A DNA stretch of 64,000 nt from Oscillospiraceae bacterium (GTDB taxonomy: Bacteria > Bacillota > Clostridia > Oscillospirales > CAG-272). The stretch is from the NCBI GenBank assembly GCA_015064315.1, contig SVSL01000003.1, positions 1,258-65,257 of the forward strand. The letters run 5' to 3'. Numbering within the stretch: position 1 is the first letter of the stretch; every line of letters starts with the position of its first letter. The notes below the pieces were generated by a model. That model worked only from the letters and a program-made list of their open reading frames with translations, made no database searches and was not told where the DNA came from. The translations under genes and the position numbers were made by a program. Of this stretch, positions 39,992-47,638 are shown piece after piece.

Positions 39992-40607
39992 AGAACTGGT
40001 TGAAGCAATGCAAGAGCCGTCGGATCAGACGGAATGCCATTCGACACCTTCACAGGTTGAGGAAGCAATCCCCACAGAAATCCCTCCCACCCAAGCAACG
40101 AAAAGAGGTGAGACATGTGAAGAGCTTTTTGAAGAAGCTGTTGAAGATTCTTCTCTTTCTGAGAATCCCGATCAGGATCCTGATCCTGATCGCAAAGGCG
40201 ATGAGCAGGACGCGTCAGGAGAGCTTGAGCGATTGCGAAATGAACTGAAGGCTCTGCGCGAGCAGCTGGCACACAAGGATGCTCGCTTGGAGCAGATCAG
40301 CGCAGAATTTGAAGAATTCAACACACTGTACCCCAACACGCCTCTGTCCTCCTTAGAGGACCGTGTGTGGGCTGACGTGCAAAAAGGAATTCCCATTGCC
40401 GCCGCCTATGCGTTGGAAAGAAGACGGCAGGAGCACACCGCGCGTGCCGCGGCGATCTCCAATACGCAAAACGCATTCCGATCCTCCGGTGCGCTGGAGC
40501 CCACACAATCCGATTATTTTTCCCCCGCAGAGGTTCGCGCCATGTCGCAAAGCGAAATTCGCGCGAACTATCAAAAAATCATTCAGTCCATGCAAAAATG
40601 GCACTGA
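39984..40607 (+). CDS. Putative capsid scaffolding protein
   Basis: Acidic disordered N-terminus, coiled coil, C-terminal EVRAMS..EI helix; lies between portal and capsid. Confidence 0.7.
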   Translation: MNEELVEAMQEPSDQTECHSTPSQVEEAIPTEIPPTQATKRGETCEELFEEAVEDSSLSENPDQDPDPDRKGDEQDASGELERLRNELKALREQLAHKDARLEQISAEFEEFNTLYPNTPLSSLEDRVWADVQKGIPIAAAYALERRRQEHTARAAAISNTQNAFRSSGALEPTQSDYFSPAEVRAMSQSEIRANYQKIIQSMQKWH

Positions 40608-40646
40608 AGCTAACAACATTTTATTTCAGAAAGGATTTTAAAAATT

Positions 40647-41507
40647 ATGGCTATTACAAATTTTATTCCCGCTGTTTGGAGCGAGCATCTTCTTCAGGAT
40701 CTGGAAAAGCAGTACGTTGGCGTTGCCCACTGCACCCGTGAGTTTGAAGGCGACATTAAGGAAAAAGGCAACGTGGTAAAGATTGGCGGACTTTCCAACG
40801 TAAGAGTCTCCAACTACCAGAAGGACACCAATATGTCTGCTCCCGAGTCGCTCTCCACCGACGTACAGGAGCTTGTCATCAATCAGGCAAAGTACTTCAA
40901 TTTCCAGATCGATGACATCAACCGCGTACAGTCCAGCCCCTCCTTGATGAGTGCCGCGCTGAAAAAGGCAGCCAGCGCACTGGCAAACGAGGCAGATCGC
41001 TACATCTTCAATCTGGTTGGATCTACTGAGCTGGGAGGTGATTATGAGATTACAAGCGGAGAGGAAATCATCGACGTGATTCTTGCAGTACGCGCCCAGA
41101 TGATGCTAAGAAGTAACGTTGAGCCCGATGATCTTGTAATTGAGGTATCTCCCGAGGTGGCGACTCATATTCTCAAGACCAAGCTCGCGATTGCCGGTGA
41201 CAATCACGACGTTTTGGAAAAGGGATTCATCGGAAATCTGTTCGGTTGCAAGGTCTACGTTTCCAACAACATCTATTATAGCAAATACGATGGCCTCAAC
41301 ACGCACAGATGTCTGCTCCGTTCCAAGCGCGCCATTGCCTTTGCAGAGCAGCTTTCCGAGATTGAGGCATACCGTCCCGAGCTGAGATTTGCGGATGCGG
41401 TAAAGGGACTTTACCTGTTTGGCGCAAAGGTGGTTTACCCCTACGAGATCGCCGTCCTGAACCTGAACCTTCCCATTTCTCCCTACGAAAACAACTACGA
41501 CGAATAA
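40647..41507 (+). CDS. Major capsid protein (P22 coat-like family)
   Basis: NFIPAVWS...EFEGDIKEKGNVVKI, YFNFQIDD, IGNLFGCKVYVSNN, FADAVKGLYLFGAKV; 286 aa. Confidence 0.88.
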   Translation: MAITNFIPAVWSEHLLQDLEKQYVGVAHCTREFEGDIKEKGNVVKIGGLSNVRVSNYQKDTNMSAPESLSTDVQELVINQAKYFNFQIDDINRVQSSPSLMSAALKKAASALANEADRYIFNLVGSTELGGDYEITSGEEIIDVILAVRAQMMLRSNVEPDDLVIEVSPEVATHILKTKLAIAGDNHDVLEKGFIGNLFGCKVYVSNNIYYSKYDGLNTHRCLLRSKRAIAFAEQLSEIEAYRPELRFADAVKGLYLFGAKVVYPYEIAVLNLNLPISPYENNYDE

Positions 41508-41519
41508 TCGAGGTGACGT

Positions 41520-41912
41520 ATGACCTACCGTGAGTTGTATGATTCGGCTTTGCGGATCGTTTCGGAAACCGACGAAAACACCAACATGGACTACGAGGAG
41601 CGCGCGGAATATATTCTTGCCGCCTTCTGCTCCGAGTGTGCCGGCATCAACAAAAAATACTGCAAGGCAAACAGCCTGACAGAAACAGACTTTTCGCCCA
41701 AATCCGTTGTGCCGCTGAGCGAACGCTTCCCTCTTCATGAGGTCTTCGTTCCTGCAGCCGTCTATTATCTCGGTGCCATGCTGGTATCCGACGAAAACGA
41801 ATCCCTGAGTGACCGTCTCTTTGCCCTCTACACCGACGCGATCTCCGCCATTCAGGAGGGACTCCCCTGGTCGAATCACAAAATCGTCAATCGTTATCCC
41901 AATATGACTTAA
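41520..41912 (+). CDS. Putative head-tail adaptor protein
   Basis: GAGGTG RBS; MTYRELYDSALRIVSE helical N-terminus; position after the capsid gene. Confidence 0.55.
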   Translation: MTYRELYDSALRIVSETDENTNMDYEERAEYILAAFCSECAGINKKYCKANSLTETDFSPKSVVPLSERFPLHEVFVPAAVYYLGAMLVSDENESLSDRLFALYTDAISAIQEGLPWSNHKIVNRYPNMT

Positions 41913-41950
41913 AAAAAGGACCAAACGGCAACGCCGTTTGGTCCTCTTTT
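41911..41950. terminator. Bidirectional terminator shared by the head operon and spoIIE
   Basis: A tract, stem aggaccaaacggc/gccgtttggtcct, T tract; touches both stop codons. Confidence 0.88.
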
Positions 41951-44402
41951 AGTTTTCGGTCTGATCCGCCGAAAGGATCCGGATCGCCACGGCTGAGCAA
42001 TCGTCGCGGGTATCGGTATTGGCGGCATGGAGACAGATTCTGTAAACGATCTCCTCGGGAGACTGCTCCGATGCCCCCGTAAGATATTCGGTCAGCCACT
42101 CACACTCGGGGTCATTCTGCTGGATCCCGTCGCTGATCATCACCACCGTGTCCCCCTCCTTGAGCAGAAAGGGCGTTGCCTGCGTCTGCACCGTGCGGAT
42201 GATCCCAATGGGGGCGCTTCCAACCTGCAAGCGATGAACCGCCTTTCCGCGAACGATAAAGCTTGGCGCGGCACCGCTCTTGATAAAGGAGGCTTCCGCC
42301 GTCATCAGATCCAGCTCCATCAGATCCACCGTGGAGGAGCATTCCCTTGCGCTATTGTCCTCCCGAGAGCAGATCAGATTGTTCAGCATTCGCAGGGAGG
42401 TTCCCGCGCGATTGCCGGCGCGGAGCATTTTTTCGAGGAATACCGAACAAAGATTGGACGTAAACGCCGCTTCCTTGCCCGAGCCCATTCCGTCGCTGAT
42501 CAGCGCGTAAAAATAGTCTTTTTTGTTGGAAAACAGATTGATGGTGTCACCGCTGACCTCCCCATCGGCGCAAAGATTGTTTTTTGCCGCCTGCACCGCG
42601 ATCTTCTTTTTTGCCTGCAAGGTCATGGTGGTCACCCGATTTTCCACCTCGAATGCGGGGCGACTCAGCTCCATGCCACACATCTCGCCAAGATCGCTTC
42701 GCAAGGTTTCGGGGGTCACCTTTGCCCCTTCCACGTTGACGTTGCGAACCAGAATCTGACGTCGGCGGTTTCCGTACACCGTTACACTTCCCGCGGCGAT
42801 CCCCGCGTCGCGCAGATACTCCGCCACCTGCCGCTCCTGCTCGCCGTCGTAGCGATATTCCCCGTCATCCTCCTCCAATGCATCGTTGATGATCTTTGCC
42901 GCCGATTCGTAATCCATGGCAAAGATCTCGGTGCGGTTGTTCCGCAGCATTTCCCCCGTCAAGCGGGCACAGTCCCGATTGATTTGATCAAGGATCAGAT
43001 CCATGGAATCACACCGACGGCAAAGATGCTCGGGGATCTGCCCTCTCTCCACTCTGCCGCGAGTGTGCAATCGCGAGATCAGGATGTTGACCACCCCCAG
43101 CGTTTCCTGATATTCAAGCCCCCAGCAGATGGTCTTGTTGGGACAATCCTGACAGTGACTGTCAAAGGCGCCGTCGCAGATCTGTCGCAGATCCAGCGTT
43201 CCCGGGCGTCGGAAGCGGTCGCTCAGATTGTAAAACATTTCGGAAAGCGAGGCAAAGGCATCCGAGATCCCACGAAATCGCTCGTTGGAGTCCCTGTACC
43301 GCGTCTGATCCATCGAGAGGGATGTGCTCTCTTTTTTGGCACTCTGCACGTTCGTACCGCCCCCCAGCTTTTGCAAAACAGAGAATGCCGCGCCTCCCAA
43401 AAGCCCTGCCGATAAAAATTTGACGGCATTCAACACGCCTCCGGGATAAAGTGCCCATGCCGACGCCGCCAGAACCGCCAAAAAAACACTTGCCGAGAGC
43501 GTTTTCTTCTGTTCTCTCATGAGAAAGAACAGGAGCGATGCCAGCAAAAAGGAGGGCGCATACAGCGGAAGATAGGCAACTCCAAACAAAACGCCGAAAA
43601 CCGAGCCCAATACAACGCCTCGCGTGGCACAGGTGTACAGGGTGAATGCCATGGAAAGAATCACCGCCAAGGGAAAGCCTCCCAACAAAAAATCACTTGA
43701 AGCCCACACCAACGCAATGCCGAGCGTCGCCTCGGAGATACGGCAAAACACCGCATATTGCGGCTTCCTTCCCAAAACGACAGACCATACGATCACCGAC
43801 AAAGGCGTGATCAGGAGCGCGACCGACGCGCCGAAGAGATCATAAAAATGAAATCCCCCCGCAATGATCCGCCAAAGCGATACCGCAAAAGCTGCCACCG
43901 TTGCAATGCAAACGCGCAAGAGCAGATTTTCGGTAAAGATATTCCTCATGCGTTGAAGAAACAGATTTCTTTCCTTTCGTGCATCACGCTCTGTCTCTTC
44001 AAGATCGATCTCCTTCTCGGCTTCGCCGTAAAGCTTTTTGCGAATGCTCTCGGGAAGCTCCACACGCGCCTCGGGATGCTCCAAAAGCAATCCTGCGGCA
44101 AAGCGGATCAGCGCGGCTGCCGAATAGACACAGATGTAAACAACCGGCATTTGCAGATCGGTCAGCACCGATAGGATCAAGCCCGCCAGCGTGGAGAGCG
44201 TATGTCCGCCCGCGGCGCATAAAAGTCCGAGTCCCAAGGGGCGCGCTCCAAAGGGCAGAACCGCGCACCCCAGCAGATATGCCGCGCCTCCCCACAGAAG
44301 CTCTCCGATCAGCCACCGCAATCTTTTGCGCCAAGCCGTAACGTCACGCAGCGTGCCCTCCTTTTCTTTTTCCACTCGTTCCTTTACGTTTTCTTGCATC
44401 AT
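41949..44402 (-). CDS. spoIIE: Stage II sporulation protein E (membrane PP2C phosphatase)
   Basis: N-terminal TM bundle, C..C....CW central region, PP2C motifs SDGMGSG, TVDL, SDG and DD; 817 aa. Confidence 0.9.
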   Translation of the reverse strand: MMQENVKERVEKEKEGTLRDVTAWRKRLRWLIGELLWGGAAYLLGCAVLPFGARPLGLGLLCAAGGHTLSTLAGLILSVLTDLQMPVVYICVYSAAALIRFAAGLLLEHPEARVELPESIRKKLYGEAEKEIDLEETERDARKERNLFLQRMRNIFTENLLLRVCIATVAAFAVSLWRIIAGGFHFYDLFGASVALLITPLSVIVWSVVLGRKPQYAVFCRISEATLGIALVWASSDFLLGGFPLAVILSMAFTLYTCATRGVVLGSVFGVLFGVAYLPLYAPSFLLASLLFFLMREQKKTLSASVFLAVLAASAWALYPGGVLNAVKFLSAGLLGGAAFSVLQKLGGGTNVQSAKKESTSLSMDQTRYRDSNERFRGISDAFASLSEMFYNLSDRFRRPGTLDLRQICDGAFDSHCQDCPNKTICWGLEYQETLGVVNILISRLHTRGRVERGQIPEHLCRRCDSMDLILDQINRDCARLTGEMLRNNRTEIFAMDYESAAKIINDALEEDDGEYRYDGEQERQVAEYLRDAGIAAGSVTVYGNRRRQILVRNVNVEGAKVTPETLRSDLGEMCGMELSRPAFEVENRVTTMTLQAKKKIAVQAAKNNLCADGEVSGDTINLFSNKKDYFYALISDGMGSGKEAAFTSNLCSVFLEKMLRAGNRAGTSLRMLNNLICSREDNSARECSSTVDLMELDLMTAEASFIKSGAAPSFIVRGKAVHRLQVGSAPIGIIRTVQTQATPFLLKEGDTVVMISDGIQQNDPECEWLTEYLTGASEQSPEEIVYRICLHAANTDTRDDCSAVAIRILSADQTEN

Positions 44403-44651
44403 TCTTTCCCTTTCCGACCGTTGGAGCCAAGACTCCCACGTTCTTTCACAGTCTTTTTTCTTTCGACTCTATTTTACACCAATCCCCGAGCGGAAACGGT
44501 CGAAAGCCGTATGAAAAATAAAGACTTTTTCTGCCAAAAAATCAAGAAAAAATGAAAAGAAAGAAAAATCGGCTCAAAAAGCAGGAAAAACAACTGCCTT
44601 TTGAGCCGATTTCTGTATTTTTTCGCCCTCTTTTGTCGGACGAATTTTTCT

Positions 44652-45509
44652 TTATTTCCCGTCACTTTGGGCGCGATATGCCTTGGGAGTCATCCCGTAG
44701 GCACGACGGAAGCTTTTGATAAAGTGGCTCACGTCGTTGAAGCCGCAGGCAAAGGTGATATCCGTAACCGTGAGATCGGTGTTTCGCAGGGCATAGCAAG
44801 CCGATTCCAAACGGTAGGTGATCAGATATTCGATGGGAGTCTGCCCCGTCAGCTTGCGAAAATAGCGGCAAAAATAATTGGGACTCATATTGGAAAGCTC
44901 CGCCAGCTCGGAAAGCGCAATCTCCCTTCCGTAATTCTTGCGGATGTAATTGAGCACCGACTTCATGCGTCCCGCACTCTTCTCCTCGGCGGGAACCGAC
45001 AAGGGATTCTTTTCATAAAGCTGAAATTTGAGAAGATATCCGAAAAAGCGAAGGATCATGCTCTTGACAAAGAAAGCAAAGCCCTCCTCTCGGTGCACAA
45101 GAATCTGATACAGCTCCTCGCAAAGCACCGTCATTTCGGGATGCTTTCGGCTCACCAAGGGCTCGATCTTCATTTTTCCCTTTTCGATCCTGCGGATCAC
45201 CGTCTCACAGGCATCCTCCGGAGAAAGCATACGGGTAGGATCCAACACAAAGCAAACGTAGTGACAGTCCACGGGAACCGCCGAATGAAGAACACCGCCC
45301 TGCACAAACACCACGTCGCCCTTTTTCATCAGAATGCTCTCGTCCCCCACGCCGAGACGAAGCTCCAGAACGCCGCTTTTGACGTATACGATCTCGTGCT
45401 CGGGATGCCAGTGACAGTTCATATGATAGCGCGGACTTTGTGCCGTTTGATCGTACATGGAAAGGGGCAAGCCCTCCTCTCCGTGTATCCTTCGTTCCTT
45501 ATAATCCAT
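44652..45509 (-). CDS. AraC family transcriptional regulator
   Basis: Cupin HWHPEHE; C-terminal MSPNYFCRYF...CGFNDVSHFIKSF..YGMTP; divergent from fucI. Confidence 0.93.
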   Translation of the reverse strand: MDYKERRIHGEEGLPLSMYDQTAQSPRYHMNCHWHPEHEIVYVKSGVLELRLGVGDESILMKKGDVVFVQGGVLHSAVPVDCHYVCFVLDPTRMLSPEDACETVIRRIEKGKMKIEPLVSRKHPEMTVLCEELYQILVHREEGFAFFVKSMILRFFGYLLKFQLYEKNPLSVPAEEKSAGRMKSVLNYIRKNYGREIALSELAELSNMSPNYFCRYFRKLTGQTPIEYLITYRLESACYALRNTDLTVTDITFACGFNDVSHFIKSFRRAYGMTPKAYRAQSDGK

Positions 45510-45648
45510 ATTCTTCCTCCAAAAAGTGAATATTGTTATATAAAAGTGCGATATATTACAAGAATATCCCATCTGTATGTGATATAATAACAATAATAGC
45601 ATATCATATTATTTCGGATATGTCAATATTTTCAGGAGGATTTTATTT

Positions 45649-47484
45649 ATGAAAAACAGATATGTTGGCGATTATCCCGTTATTGGTATCCGTCCCTGCA
45701 TTGACGGTCGCCGCGGTCCCATGATGCTCCGCGAATCTCTTGAGCCCACCGTTTGGGCAATGGCAAACGCCGCAAAGAAGCTGTTTGAGGAAAACCTGTT
45801 CTATTCCAACGGCGAGCCCGTAAAGGTCGTTTTGGCTGACACCTGCATCGGACGTGTTCCCGAGGCTGCCGCTTGCGCTGATAAATTCCGCAAGGAGGGC
45901 GTTTCCATCACCCTTTCCGTTACCTCCTGCTGGTGCTACGGCTCCGAGACCATGGACATGGATCCCATGACCATCAAGGGCGTATGGGGCTTTAACGGCA
46001 CCGAGCGTCCCGGCGCGGTTTACCTTGCCGCAGTTCTCGCCGGTCACGCGCAAAAGGGACTCCCCGCCTTTGGCATCTACGGTCATGAGGTTCAGGATCT
46101 GGATCAGGTCAACGAGGTTCCCGAGGACGTAAAGGAAAAGCTGCTCCGCTTTGGTCGCGCAGCCATCGCCGTTGCTACCATGAGAGGCAAATCTTACCTG
46201 CAGATCGGTTCCCAGTGCATGGGTATCGCAGGCTCCATCATCGATCAGGATATGCTGGAATCCTACTTTGGTATGCGTGTTGAATCGGTGGACGAGGTTG
46301 AGATCCTGCGCCGCATGGAAGAGGGCATCTACAACGAGGAAGAGTTCCAAAAGGCGCTGGCTTGGACCCGTGAGCACTGCAAGGAGGGTCGCGACGACAA
46401 TCCCGAAAGCGTCAACTTCCTTGGCGAGGAGCGCAGAATCAAGTTTACCAAGGAAGAAAAGGAAAAGCAGTGGGAGTTCACGGTTAAGATGTACTGCATC
46501 ATCAAGGATCTGATGGCAGGCAACCCCAATCTCCCCGATAAATTTGAGGAAGAAAAGATCGGACACAACGCCATCGTCGGCGGCTTCCAGGGTCAGAGAC
46601 AGTGGACCGACCACTGGCCCAACTGCGACTACCCCGAGGCACTTCTCTCCTCCACCTTTGACTACGAGGGCGCACGCGAGCCCTTCACGCTGGCTACCGA
46701 GAATGACGTTCTCAACGGCATGGGTATGCTGATGATGCGTCTTCTCACCCATCGCGCACAGATCTTTGCCGACGTTCGTACCTACTGGTCGGGCGAGGCT
46801 ACCGAGCGCGTAACCGGCTACAAGCTCACCGGCAAGGCAGCAGAGTCCGACGGTATCATCCACCTGCTCAACTCGGGCGCCGCTTGTCTTGACGCTTCCG
46901 GCGTTTGCACCGACGAGAACGGAAACGCTACCATGAAGAGATGGTGGGAGGTTGCCGAGGAGGACATCAAGAAGATGACCGACGCCACCGTTTGGTGCGA
47001 GGCGGGCTTTGATAACTTCCGCGGCGGCGGATTCTCCAGCCACTTTGATACTTATGCAGAATTCCCCTGCACCATGATTCGTTTGAACATGGTCAAGGGT
47101 CTGGGTCCCGTGCTTCAGATCGCCGAGGGTTGGACGGTCAACCTGCCCAAGGAGGTCAACGACACTCTGATGGAAAGAACCAATCCCACTTGGCCCTGCA
47201 CCTGGTTCGCGCCTCGCTGTGACGGCAAGGAGGGCTCTGCCTTCAAGACCGCCTACGAGGTGATGATGAACTGGGGTGCCAACCACGGTGCCATCTCCTA
47301 CGGTCACATCGGTGCCGATCTGATCACCATGTGCTCCATGCTCCGCATCCCCGTATGCATGCACAACGTACCCGAGGAGGACATCTACCGTCCTGCTTGC
47401 TGGAACGCCTTCGGTATGGATAAGGAAGGTCAGGACTACCGCGCTTGCGCTACCTACGGTCCTACCTTTAAGAAGACGCTTTGA
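45649..47484 (+). CDS. fucI: L-fucose (D-arabinose) isomerase
   Basis: IGIRPCIDGRR, CWCYGSETMD, GFQGQRQWTD, ATEND and NWGANHG motifs. Confidence 0.96.
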   Translation: MKNRYVGDYPVIGIRPCIDGRRGPMMLRESLEPTVWAMANAAKKLFEENLFYSNGEPVKVVLADTCIGRVPEAAACADKFRKEGVSITLSVTSCWCYGSETMDMDPMTIKGVWGFNGTERPGAVYLAAVLAGHAQKGLPAFGIYGHEVQDLDQVNEVPEDVKEKLLRFGRAAIAVATMRGKSYLQIGSQCMGIAGSIIDQDMLESYFGMRVESVDEVEILRRMEEGIYNEEEFQKALAWTREHCKEGRDDNPESVNFLGEERRIKFTKEEKEKQWEFTVKMYCIIKDLMAGNPNLPDKFEEEKIGHNAIVGGFQGQRQWTDHWPNCDYPEALLSSTFDYEGAREPFTLATENDVLNGMGMLMMRLLTHRAQIFADVRTYWSGEATERVTGYKLTGKAAESDGIIHLLNSGAACLDASGVCTDENGNATMKRWWEVAEEDIKKMTDATVWCEAGFDNFRGGGFSSHFDTYAEFPCTMIRLNMVKGLGPVLQIAEGWTVNLPKEVNDTLMERTNPTWPCTWFAPRCDGKEGSAFKTAYEVMMNWGANHGAISYGHIGADLITMCSMLRIPVCMHNVPEEDIYRPACWNAFGMDKEGQDYRACATYGPTFKKTL

Positions 47485-47499
47485 TTTATCCGATCAATC

Positions 47500-47529
47500 A
47501 AGGGAAGCCCCCGGGGGCTTCCCTTTTTT
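47500..47529 (+). terminator. Rho-independent terminator after fucI
   Basis: aagggaagccccc/gggggcttccctt followed by a T tract. Confidence 0.85.
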
Positions 47530-47542
47530 GCGTGAGTTTCCA

Positions 47543-47591
47543 AAAAAACTGTCAAAAGGTGATTGACAGTTTTTTGTTTTTGTGATATACT
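47543..47591 (+). promoter_or_regulatory. alaS sigma-A promoter with a 13-bp inverted repeat over the -35 box
   Basis: TTGACA(47563)-N17-TATACT(47586); aaaaaactgtcaa-N7-ttgacagtttttt. Confidence 0.75.
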
Positions 47592-47638
47592 AATATGAAT
47601 GATTTTTTCAAGAGAAAACCGAAAGGACGTTTATAACC

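Larger units (their letters stand above)
34926..41912 (+). other. Minimal phage-derived DNA packaging and head operon (candidate GTA-like domesticated module)
   Basis: Seven co-oriented, closely spaced, uninterrupted genes; no integrase, replication, lysis or tail-fibre genes nearby. Confidence 0.8.

Noticed and set aside
40647-41507. Encapsulin nanocompartment
   Set aside because: Presence of terminase, portal and scaffold genes indicates a DNA-packaging head rather than an encapsulin.
34926-41912. Complete or inducible prophage
   Set aside because: No integrase, immunity, replication or lysis genes and no att repeats seen. The integrase at 12546 is over 20 kb away and belongs to the spo0A element.
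44403-44651. 0A boxes upstream of spoIIE
   Set aside because: Only one-mismatch matches (ttcgact at 44462, ggtcgaa at 44498); plausible and expected, but too weak to call.
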